Source of the DNA: Verrucomicrobiota bacterium
GTDB lineage: Bacteria > Verrucomicrobiota > Lentisphaeria > Lentisphaerales > Lentisphaeraceae
Length of the DNA stretch: 31,367 bases
Direction of reading: 5' to 3'
Assembly (NCBI GenBank): GCA_039798785.1
Contig: JBDKFG010000060.1
Coordinates: 1 to 31,367 of the forward strand
The position numbers were made by a program, and so were the translations under genes. Below, in pieces: positions 1-7,937 of the stretch (positions are counted from its first letter, which is position 1; each line of letters starts with the position of its first letter). A model generated the notes under the pieces. The model was not told the origin of the DNA. It made no database searches and was given only the letters and a program-made list of their open reading frames with translations.

Positions 1-1
1 T

Positions 2-379
2 CGCGGCACCATCCACGACATGGGTCCTACTCTGACCCACAAGGATTTGATCATCCCCAAGCTCTTCATCGAGCGAAAAAGCTTCCAGCAAGTCTGCCGC
101 GAGACTAGCCATTCCGTCGAAGCCGTCCATCGTTACTACCTAGCCTTCAAGCAGGTTCTCATCTGCACCGAAAAGGGACTCTCTCGCCACGAGATCTCCA
201 TCGCCACGCGAATGAGCAAAGGCCTTGTCGAACAATACGCTTTGATGATTGCCCGCTTCCAGGCTCAAGGCCACCTTCCAAAGTACCTCATTGCCCAGCA
301 CCCTCGCATTGAGTCCGACTATGAAAAGCACCTCAAGGATCAGATCCACCTCAAGGACCAACTTAATCTTAAGCCCTGA
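2..379 (+). CDS. DUF1670-family protein, 5'-truncated by the window edge
   Basis: Frame is open from position 2 (RGTIHDMGPTLTHK...RETSHSVEAVHRY...EISIATRMSKGLVEQY), matching the DUF1670 C-terminal pattern with HTH-like segments. The tail has an 18-nt duplication (HLKDQI/HLKDQL). Confidence 0.7.
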   Translation, partial: RGTIHDMGPTLTHKDLIIPKLFIERKSFQQVCRETSHSVEAVHRYYLAFKQVLICTEKGLSRHEISIATRMSKGLVEQYALMIARFQAQGHLPKYLIAQHPRIESDYEKHLKDQIHLKDQLNLKP

Positions 380-468
380 CTGAAATTCATCAGCCCACCA
401 GTCACTTGACCTGAGCCGACAGATGGGGGTATTTAGGTTCAATCGAACTTGTTTGCCTCCGACCGTTT

Positions 469-1665
469 TCAAGGCAGGCAGGCGTGGCCGAGGGGCTCGA
501 AGTTCTTGTAGGTGAGGACGAATTCTTGATGCAGCAGGGCTTCCGATTTGCTGGCCTGGCCACGGGCGACGGCGAGGCTGAGGTCGCGGATCTCGCGACC
601 GACTTCGAGCAGGCTGGCCTTGCCGTGCAGGATGCGTCCGGCGTCGACATCCATGTCCTCCTCCATTCGGGCGTAGGTCTCGGGATTGCCCGTGACCTTG
701 ATTACCGGGGAGATGGCGGAGCCGACCACCGAGCCGCGGCCGGAGGTGAAGAGGATGATGTGGCTGCCGCAAGCGATGAGCTCGGCGATCTCGGTGCTGT
801 CGTTGATGTTAGGGAAGCCGAAGCGCGGTTCGCCGTCGGGCACCACGTCGAGCAGGTAGAGGCCGCCCCTAGGCGGGATGTCGGCGGGCTTGAGCAGGCC
901 GCTGATCTTCGAGGTGCCGCTCTTGGCGTAGGCGCCCAGCGATTTCTCCTCGATCGTGCTCAGCCCGCCCTCGGCGTTGCCGGGTGCGAAGCTGCCGTGC
1001 CCCATGATGCCGTAATAACGAGCCGCCTTGTCCACCGTGCCGCGCAGCAGCTCCGCCAGCTCCGGCGTCGCCGCCCGCGCCGACATCACCCCTTCGCAGC
1101 CGATCAGTTCGCCGGTCTCCTCGAAGACGCAGGCCACCCGCTCTTGCACCAGCAGATCGAAGGCGTAGCCCACCGCCGGATTGGCGGCGATGCCGCTGGT
1201 GGCGTCGGAGCCGCCGCAGATGGTGCCGACGATCAGCTCCTCGCTCCGCATCGGCGCCCGCGGCACCTTCGCCGCCTCGGCCCGGATCGCGGCCAGTATC
1301 TCGAGGCCGGCGGCGACGGTCTTGCGGGTGCCGCCTTTCTCCTGGATCACCAGGGTCTCGGCCGGACGGCCGCTGGCCCTGATCTCGCACTCGAGATTGC
1401 GCCGGTCGAAGCTCTCGCAGCCGAGGGAGATCAGCAGGGCGCCGCCGACGTTGGGGTGGGTGCAGAGGGTCTTCATCATCCGGTAGGCGTAGGCGTTCGG
1501 ATAACAACCGGAAAAGCCGATCAGGTGCACCTCCTGGTCGCGGAACTGCCAGGCGATCTCGCGAGCCACGTGATGGGCGCACTCGACCAGATAGGCGACG
1601 ACAATGACGTTGCGAATGCCCTTGCGGCCATCGGCCCGCAGAAACGCGTCTTCTCGGATGATCAT
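469..1665 (-). CDS. UxaA/GarD-family sugar-acid dehydratase, catalytic (large) subunit
   Basis: RADGRKGIRN, HPNVGG...LGCE, CGGSDATSGIAANPAVG, PGNAEGGLSTIEEKSLG and FTSGRG...PVIKV motifs; no N-terminal SAF domain. Confidence 0.92.
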   Translation of the reverse strand: MIIREDAFLRADGRKGIRNVIVVAYLVECAHHVAREIAWQFRDQEVHLIGFSGCYPNAYAYRMMKTLCTHPNVGGALLISLGCESFDRRNLECEIRASGRPAETLVIQEKGGTRKTVAAGLEILAAIRAEAAKVPRAPMRSEELIVGTICGGSDATSGIAANPAVGYAFDLLVQERVACVFEETGELIGCEGVMSARAATPELAELLRGTVDKAARYYGIMGHGSFAPGNAEGGLSTIEEKSLGAYAKSGTSKISGLLKPADIPPRGGLYLLDVVPDGEPRFGFPNINDSTEIAELIACGSHIILFTSGRGSVVGSAISPVIKVTGNPETYARMEEDMDVDAGRILHGKASLLEVGREIRDLSLAVARGQASKSEALLHQEFVLTYKNFEPLGHACLP

Positions 1666-1740
1666 GGGAATCTCGTGGCTAAGGGGTTGTAAGAGCTGAA
1701 AGGGATGGATTTTTTAGGGGGAGATTGAAGCTCTGCGCTC

Positions 1741-1760
1741 AATTCGTAATTCGTAATTCC
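1741..1760. repeat. Short heptamer tandem repeat (AATTCGT)x~3
   Basis: AATTCGT AATTCGT AATTCC directly after the stop codon of the SAF gene. Confidence 0.6.
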
Positions 1761-2063
1761 TCAGTGCCCGCTCCCCTGCTCGCGCGTCCAGGTCGGGATG
1801 TAGTCGCTCTTCATGTTGTGGAGATGGACGGTTTCACCCGGGGCGATGTCGACCAGGGCCGAGCCGACCGGCACGGTGTATTTGATGATCTTGCCGCTCG
1901 CCGGAATCGCCTCGGCGGCGATCTTGAAGCCCAGCGGCAGCGCCTCGCCGAGACACACCCGCCTCTCGCCTACCAGCAGCTCGGTGCCCGCCGGCAGGGT
2001 GCTGGTGACGATCAGCACATTGTCGTCCGGATGCAGCCGGATCAGTCGCGAATCGATTTTCAT
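1761..2063 (-). CDS. SAF-domain small subunit of UxaA-family dehydratase
   Basis: LHPDDNV...GFKIA...IIKY...IAPGETVHLHNMKS; GGAGG RBS upstream; lies directly upstream of the large subunit. Confidence 0.9.
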   Translation of the reverse strand: MKIDSRLIRLHPDDNVLIVTSTLPAGTELLVGERRVCLGEALPLGFKIAAEAIPASGKIIKYTVPVGSALVDIAPGETVHLHNMKSDYIPTWTREQGSGH

Positions 2064-2079
2064 AAAAAATCGCCTCCAA

Positions 2080-2095
2080 AAGTTGCATGCAACTT
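2080..2095. promoter_or_regulatory. Perfect 16-bp palindrome, probable GntR/FadR operator
   Basis: AAGTTGCATGCAACTT in the 77-bp divergent gap between the SAF gene and the GntR gene; resembles GntR-family GT-N-AC operators. Confidence 0.7.
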
Positions 2096-2118
2096 ATCAA
2101 AGGCGGCTAGATTGTCAA
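2091..2118 (-). promoter_or_regulatory. Sigma70-type promoter for the dehydratase genes
   Basis: Minus strand: TTGACA (2118-2113), 16-nt spacer, TAAGTT (2096-2091) preceded by TGn; the -10 overlaps the palindrome. Confidence 0.55.
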
Positions 2119-2140
2119 GAGTCCCAAAGGAGATTTCAGC

Positions 2141-2977
2141 ATGCGTTCATCGATCACTCACGAGATCACCAGCATTTTGGAGAAGGAGATTCTCGACGGG
2201 CGCTTCCTGCCGGGCGACCTGTTTTCCACCGAGCACACCCTGTGCGCCCGTTTCGGGGTGAGCCGGACGCCGGTGCGCGAGGCTTTGCGGCGGCTCGAAT
2301 CGGCCGGGCTGATCGAGTCGCGGCATGGCAGCGGCACCTATGTCTGCGACCGCAATCTGGTCCAGGTGGGGGCGGCGGTGAGTCGTTTCGGCCTGACGGC
2401 GCAGACGGCGGCGGCGGCGCGGGAGATGATGGATGCGCGCCTGGTGCTGGAGGCCGGTTCGACCTGGACCCTGGCCTCGCGATGGGCGCAAAATCCGGAG
2501 GCGGGCGAGTCCTTGCGGCGGGCTTTCGAGCAGCTGGAGGCCTCCCTGGGCGACATCAAGGCCTTCGGGGTGGCCGACGTCGCTTTTCACCACGCCCTGG
2601 TGGGGCTCGCGGGCAATCCCTTCATCACCGCGATCCACACGGCGCTGCTGCCGGCCCTGAACGAATACATGGGCCGCACCTACGTGACGGTGGAGCAGTT
2701 GCCGATCGCGCAGGAGGAACACCGCGCCATCTACCGATCAATGCGGGAGGGCGAGCCCGCCGCGGCGACCCGGGCCTTGACTCAGCATCTTCGTCGCTCG
2801 ATCACGGAAGCGATGGCCCTGGCGCCCGAGCTCTGGCCCGAGGCTGACCGGCCGAACAAGGGTCGGGCTGAACTGCTGGAATCCCTTTCCCCCAAGACCC
2901 GCAAGATCAAGGCGGCCAGCAGCCAGAGCCGTCAAGCCAAATCCACCAACAGCCAAGCAAAAGGAAAACCCAGATGA
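2141..2977 (+). CDS. GntR-family (FadR subfamily) transcriptional regulator
   Basis: wHTH EHTLCARFGVSRTPVREALRRLESAGLIESRHGSGTYV; FCD domain DVAFHHALVGLAGNP...EEHRAIY...HL; AGGAG RBS; basic low-complexity C-tail. Confidence 0.93.
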   Translation: MRSSITHEITSILEKEILDGRFLPGDLFSTEHTLCARFGVSRTPVREALRRLESAGLIESRHGSGTYVCDRNLVQVGAAVSRFGLTAQTAAAAREMMDARLVLEAGSTWTLASRWAQNPEAGESLRRAFEQLEASLGDIKAFGVADVAFHHALVGLAGNPFITAIHTALLPALNEYMGRTYVTVEQLPIAQEEHRAIYRSMREGEPAAATRALTQHLRRSITEAMALAPELWPEADRPNKGRAELLESLSPKTRKIKAASSQSRQAKSTNSQAKGKPR

Positions 2978-3645
2978 ACACCGAGATCGACTACCTCCAA
3001 GACCCCTGGGGCGCCCGCCTCGAAAAGGCCTACTCCGGCGCCCTTTTTGACGTCCTGCGCGCCCTCGGCCACCCCCGCCAGACCCTGCCGAAAACCCTGC
3101 GCCCCTTGTTTACCAACAAGACCCTCGCCGGCCGGATCTTCACCGTGCGCGGCAAGGTCGATCAGACCATCGACGCCCACACCAGCCTGCTGGAGTGGAC
3201 CCGGATGCTGTCGAAATCCCCCTCCGGCAGCATCGTCTTCTGCCAGCCCAACGACTCCCACGCTTCGCACCTCGGCGAACTCTCCACCGAAACCTTCCTG
3301 CACAAGGGCGTCAAGGGCTACGTCGTCGACGGCGGCATCCGCGACAGCCACTTCATCGAGCGCCTTGGCTTCCCGGTCTGGTATCGCTACCACACGCCGA
3401 TCGACATCGTCGGCTACTGGATGCCCGACGCCTACGGAGAGCCGATCACCATCGGCGAAGTCACCATCCGCAACGGCGACTACTGCCTGGCCGATCGCGA
3501 CGGCGTGGTCATCATACCCCAGGAGATCATCGAGGAGGCGACCCTGAAGATCGAGGACTGCCTGCGCACCGAGAACAAGGTGCGCACCGCGATTTTGCAG
3601 GGTGTCGATCCGGTCGACGCCTATCTGAAATACCGCAAGTTCTGA
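2974..3645 (+). CDS. RraA-family protein (HMG/CHA aldolase-like)
   Basis: LGELS...GVKGYVVDGGIRD...PITIGEVTIRNGDYCLADRDGVVIIP; ATGA overlap with the GntR stop. Confidence 0.88.
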   Translation: MNTEIDYLQDPWGARLEKAYSGALFDVLRALGHPRQTLPKTLRPLFTNKTLAGRIFTVRGKVDQTIDAHTSLLEWTRMLSKSPSGSIVFCQPNDSHASHLGELSTETFLHKGVKGYVVDGGIRDSHFIERLGFPVWYRYHTPIDIVGYWMPDAYGEPITIGEVTIRNGDYCLADRDGVVIIPQEIIEEATLKIEDCLRTENKVRTAILQGVDPVDAYLKYRKF

Positions 3646-3670
3646 AGCCGAAACCGAGGAGAAGAAGGCG

Positions 3671-5095
3671 ATGCATCCCCCTGAAAACCAGGCTGGCAAG
3701 CCCAGCTTCCTGCTGCCGGTGATCCTGGTCACAAGTCTCTTCTTCTGCTGGGGTCTGACCACCAACCTGCTGCCGGTGCTAATCCCGAAGCTCAAGGCCG
3801 CCTGCGAGTTGACGAACAGCCAGTCGATGCTGGTCGACGTCGCCAACTGGTCGGCCTACTTCCTGATGGCGATGCCGGCGGCCCTGGTGATGCGCCGCTT
3901 CGGCTACAAGGCCGGCATCCTCGCCGGCCTGCTGGTCGCCGCCTCGGGCTGCTTCCTCTTCGTTCCCGCCGCCAATGTCTGCCAATTCCCTTTCTTCCTC
4001 AGCGCCCTCTTCATCACCGCAGCCGGCATGGTCTTCCTCGAGACAGCCGCCAACCCCTACATCTCGGTCCTCGGACGCCCCGACCGCGCTGCCTTCCGGC
4101 TCAACCTGTCACAGTCCTTCAATGGCCTCGCCGCAGTAGTCGCGGCGCTCTGGCTGTCGAAGGTGATCATCAAGCCGGAAAACCCGGCCGCCATCCTCGC
4201 CTTGCTGCCCGCCGACAAACAGGCCGAGATCCAGGCCGCCCTGGCCCTGATGCCCAAGCACGATCAGCTCGACTTTTTGATGAAAAAGCTCGCCACCCTT
4301 GCCCCCGAGGCTCACCGGCTCTACCTCCTCGAACAGGCGAAAATGGTCATCCCGCCCTATGTCGCCATCGGCATCTTCCTCGCCCTCGTCGCCGTTCTTT
4401 TCTTCCTGGTCAAGCTCCCCGAAGTGACGCCCGAAGACGATCACCCCGCCGAGCGCGAGAAATTCGTAATCAAGCAGCATCCCCTGCTCTTCGCCGGCAT
4501 CGTCGCGCAGTTTTTCTATGTAGGCGCCCAGGTCGGCCTTGACGCCACCTTCCTCAGCTATACCAAGGAGGTCACCGGCCTCAGTCTCGCCGACGCCACC
4601 ACCTACCTCGGCCTGATCCTCGGCTGCTTCTTCATCGGCCGAGTCGTCGGCACCGCCTTGATGGCGAAGATCCCTCCCGCTCGCCTCCTCGGCGGCTACG
4701 CCCTCGGCATCATCGCCCTGGTCGCGGCCTGCGCCAGCATCAAGATCGATCCCGGCGCCGCCACCACCGCGCTCCGCATGCCTTCCTGGCTTGGCCTCGG
4801 CGAAGAATTGGTCTTCACCTCGCACCTCGCTCCCTACCTGCTGATGGGCGTCAAATTCTTTATGTCGATCATGTACCCCACCATCTTCTCGCTCTCCCTG
4901 CAGGGGCTGGGCGTACACACCAAACTCGCCTCCTCCTTCCTGGTGATGTCGATCATCGGCGGAGCCCTCATCCCCTACGGCATGGGCCAGATCGCCGACC
5001 ACTCGAGCTTCCAGAACAGCTACTGGATCCTCGCCCTGTGTATGCTGCCGGTGCTCTACTTCGCCTTCCGGGTCGAGCAAGACCGCCGCACTTGA
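3671..5095 (+). CDS. fucP: L-fucose:H+ symporter-family MFS permease
   Basis: LVTSLFFCWG, FGYKAGILAGL, FLETAANPY, RLNLSQSFNG, QFFYVGAQV, SIMYPTIF and LVMSIIGGA motifs; about 12 TM segments. Confidence 0.88.
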   Translation: MHPPENQAGKPSFLLPVILVTSLFFCWGLTTNLLPVLIPKLKAACELTNSQSMLVDVANWSAYFLMAMPAALVMRRFGYKAGILAGLLVAASGCFLFVPAANVCQFPFFLSALFITAAGMVFLETAANPYISVLGRPDRAAFRLNLSQSFNGLAAVVAALWLSKVIIKPENPAAILALLPADKQAEIQAALALMPKHDQLDFLMKKLATLAPEAHRLYLLEQAKMVIPPYVAIGIFLALVAVLFFLVKLPEVTPEDDHPAEREKFVIKQHPLLFAGIVAQFFYVGAQVGLDATFLSYTKEVTGLSLADATTYLGLILGCFFIGRVVGTALMAKIPPARLLGGYALGIIALVAACASIKIDPGAATTALRMPSWLGLGEELVFTSHLAPYLLMGVKFFMSIMYPTIFSLSLQGLGVHTKLASSFLVMSIIGGALIPYGMGQIADHSSFQNSYWILALCMLPVLYFAFRVEQDRRT

Positions 5096-5270
5096 AACTT
5101 GAAACAGATCGCAGCCTCAGTCCGGAAACGACCTCAAAAAATTGTATTCAACTTTTGGGCTGGGCATTCTTCCGAGTCCGACTTGACCGAAATCTAGCCC
5201 GTGTTAGACTTTTTGCTGCCCTACTCTGTTCATATTTTTTCAATTACGACTTAACTTAAACTTAGTAAAT

Positions 5271-7487
5271 CTAGTTTAGCAATACATGGATGATATGCAA
5301 TGCCTGTCGGCTTTTCTGTATGTCGGTGGTGCGGATGGTAGCGGTGTGCCTACCGGGTTTGAGCCCACTCTCCAAAATGACAGGAAAGGGGAAGTTAAGC
5401 GTTCCGCTCCATGGCGACCACGTGTCGAACTCCTTGAACGGCACACCGTCGATACTGTATGAGATCACACCGGTGTCCCGGCCGGCGGCAAGAAAGAGGC
5501 CGAAGGCAGTCCCATCGAAGGTGTATGTCATTTCCGCACCTGCAGAATCTGCAGTGATAGCGGGGCAACGGCTATAGCCGGAGCGCATCTCCTGACCGGT
5601 TTTGGGAACCCAGTTCGGTTCCAACGTAAACCCCTTGATCAATACGGCATCCGCGAGCTTACCATGGCGGCCGTAAAAGAAACTCTGCTCATCAAGCGGT
5701 TTTTCCGGCAACGGATGCGCTTTGGGCGCGGAGTCCGCCCGGAACGCGGCGTCGAGCAGCCGCATCATGCTGTTCGAGTACACGCGCTGACCGTATGGGG
5801 AAGGGTGCAGGTCGCGGAAATCGCTGGCCCAGGTGAACTGCCCCGCGGCGATGCGCTCGGCGACTTCCTTGGAAAGATTGAGCGAGGAACAGCCATAGTG
5901 GGCGGCCACCCGCTCGTGCGCATCAACGGTGTGTGGAACCTTGTTAGCCGTCCATGTGGCAAGGTGCAGATTATGAATGAAGTGCATAATAACCACATCG
6001 GTCATAGGGCTTTTCATGCGGAGTTGCCGAACAACGCCCTCCATGCCGCGCAGGGCAAGCCCGGAACCCTCCGGGAGCGAGTCGTAATTATGGTCGTTGA
6101 CGGCGGCCTCGACGAAAACCATGTCAACCGGGCCGCGGCTGAGCACGTCATCGTCCAGACGGAAGGCGTGGCCAAGCGAGCCCACCGAGGAGATGCCGGT
6201 TGCGATGAAGTCGAATCTCGTCTCCGGGAAGCGTTGTTTGAAGTAGCTCATCAATTCGTCGCGCCAGCCGCCGTTGCAGGTGATGGAACCGCCGACAAAC
6301 GCAATCCGGCCAACGTTCTCCTTCTCGAACTTGGCCTTACTGTTGGCTAAGCCATGGCGCAGGTCGAAATATTCCGTGCTTTTCCCGGAGGGTACGGCCG
6401 CATGGCGGAGCACAAACTGGGCGCTCTCAAACGCCTTAGGAAACGGGAAGTGATGGCCGTTGCAATCTTTGGAGTCTGGTACGATGACAAGATCAATGTC
6501 CCATCCAAGTTTTTTGAGAGAGGCCTGCGCCTTGAAGGTATTATCCTTGGGTGGTACTACCCCGTCAGTCAAGCAGATGGTGTGGCGCAGTGGGATTTTG
6601 GCCATGGCGATCGGCTTGAGCACGCGCGCATCAACGGGATTGCCGGTGTAGGTCATGGCTTCGGTGTCATCCGTGAAGCCGTAGGAATTCATGACATTGC
6701 GCCATTGCCCGGCGTTGCGGATGGATGGCCAGCTCTTGAAATCCATCACCGGCACATCACCCAGCAGGCAGGCGATGCGCTCTGGACGACGTGCCGTGTA
6801 ACGGTAGGCGTGTAAACCGCCGCGGCTGTTTGGCTCGATGGCGCATTTTGCCGCCAGGCCGAAACGGGAACGCACTGCGGCGTAGAAGTCATCCATGATG
6901 TCCAGTGCCTTGTCGGAACCAAGCAGGTCGACGGTCTCGACATAGGCGACATGGAACCCGCAGCGCAGCAGCTCCTGGTCAACCTCTGAATGGTAGTCCG
7001 GCCATGATGTCCGCCAAATCCACGGCTTGCCGGGAGCGGCTATTTTCGGCACGACGACATACGCCGACACGCCATCCAGCACGAACGACTTCTTCTGGTA
7101 CCCGTGCCAGTCGGAGAGTTTGTAATCGGCCGACGCGGCGGCCGTGATTTTATCAAAAATGGCGGTGGCGGTGCTGCCGAGAACCTGGTTGTCTTTGCCA
7201 TAGGCACGAGCTTTGACGGTTCCGCCATCAGGGAACGGAAAAGGTTGGAGATAGGTAAAGCTGTCAGAGCTTGGTTCCGAGCCGTTCAATGAATACCGGA
7301 GCGTGGCTCCGGCAGTGTCGCTGGTGATCGTCACGTCACCGGCCGTGGTACGTGTGATTTTTGGCATCTCCGTAGGATTCGTTGATTCCGTGGTCGCTGA
7401 AGCAAAGATAAAGGATGCCAACAACACGCTGCTTAGGACGCCGCAACTCAAGAGAAGAGTGCCGAAGAGTGTGATAGTGCGTTTCAT
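5271..7487 (-). CDS. Secreted multidomain esterase: Fn3-associated/chitobiase-C domain + alpha/beta hydrolase + SGNH/GDSL hydrolase
   Basis: Signal peptide; TLRYSLNGSEP...TVKARAY; nucleophile elbow PNSRGG with candidate Asp (TDGVVP) and His (GHHFP); SGNH blocks FVGGSIT, VEAAVND, DLHPS. Confidence 0.85.
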   Translation of the reverse strand: MKRTITLFGTLLLSCGVLSSVLLASFIFASATTESTNPTEMPKITRTTAGDVTITSDTAGATLRYSLNGSEPSSDSFTYLQPFPFPDGGTVKARAYGKDNQVLGSTATAIFDKITAAASADYKLSDWHGYQKKSFVLDGVSAYVVVPKIAAPGKPWIWRTSWPDYHSEVDQELLRCGFHVAYVETVDLLGSDKALDIMDDFYAAVRSRFGLAAKCAIEPNSRGGLHAYRYTARRPERIACLLGDVPVMDFKSWPSIRNAGQWRNVMNSYGFTDDTEAMTYTGNPVDARVLKPIAMAKIPLRHTICLTDGVVPPKDNTFKAQASLKKLGWDIDLVIVPDSKDCNGHHFPFPKAFESAQFVLRHAAVPSGKSTEYFDLRHGLANSKAKFEKENVGRIAFVGGSITCNGGWRDELMSYFKQRFPETRFDFIATGISSVGSLGHAFRLDDDVLSRGPVDMVFVEAAVNDHNYDSLPEGSGLALRGMEGVVRQLRMKSPMTDVVIMHFIHNLHLATWTANKVPHTVDAHERVAAHYGCSSLNLSKEVAERIAAGQFTWASDFRDLHPSPYGQRVYSNSMMRLLDAAFRADSAPKAHPLPEKPLDEQSFFYGRHGKLADAVLIKGFTLEPNWVPKTGQEMRSGYSRCPAITADSAGAEMTYTFDGTAFGLFLAAGRDTGVISYSIDGVPFKEFDTWSPWSGTLNFPFPVILESGLKPGRHTATIRTTDIQKSRQALHIIHVLLN

Positions 7488-7491
7488 CAGT

Positions 7492-7710
7492 TTAGATTCC
7501 TTCCGATTTTACGGCGTTCAATTCGCCGTTGACACGGACTTTGACCTCGCGTGGCTCTGGCGAGGTGATGTGGAAGTGGGTCACCTTGCCGTCTTTCGAT
7601 TCGATATCGATGGTAGCCACCACCTGCACCCCGGGCACGCAGGCCGGTGACTTTGCCATTTTGCCATACGGTCGGCTGCCGCCAACGCGGCGGAGTGCGT
7701 TTCTGATCAT
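7492..7710 (-). pseudogene. Remnant of a GH95 (alpha-1,2-L-fucosidase-like) gene: large internal deletion plus frameshift
   Basis: One frame reads PTVWQNGKVTGLRARGAGGGY (from 7675), then shifts into TIDIESKDGKVTHFHITSPEPREVKVRVNG. Together these give the GH95 C-terminal signature P.W..G.V.GLRARGG..VDI.WKDGK. Confidence 0.75.
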
Positions 7711-7809
7711 GGCTTGCCCTGTGTTTCTTGTAGGAGTTTCTTCCTAGGATCTGCGATCTGTTTCAGGCAGATTGAAGAAGCTTTGGACACCTCTAAAACG
7801 CCACCAGTT

Positions 7810-7851
7810 ATTGTGTAGTGACAGGTGGCGATTGTATAGTGACAGGTGACG
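7810..7851. repeat. 21-bp tandem direct repeat x2
   Basis: ATTGTGTAGTGACAGGTGGCG / ATTGTATAGTGACAGGTGACG (19/21 identical). Confidence 0.8.
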
Positions 7852-7937
7852 ATGATTTTTGGCATTCCCCCGACGCTTTGTTAGGTAGAGCGACTACGGC
7901 CCAGCCCTTCGTGATGAAAGAGGAAAGAGGGCTGAGA

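Larger units (their letters stand above)
5100..7765. mobile_element. Segment bounded by perfect 15-bp inverted repeats (possible non-autonomous cargo element)
   Basis: TGAAACAGATCGCAG at 5100-5114 and its exact reverse complement CTGCGATCTGTTTCA at 7751-7765. The enclosed DNA is visibly more AT-rich than its flanks. No transposase and no clear target-site duplication. Confidence 0.45.

Noticed and set aside
7677..7692. GC-rich hairpin CCGCC-AACGC-GGCGG as a REP element
   Set aside because: Better explained as the deletion junction and eroded LPALP codons of the GH95 remnant.
7810..7851. Possible CRISPR repeat
   Set aside because: Only two adjacent units with no spacer, and no cas genes in the window.
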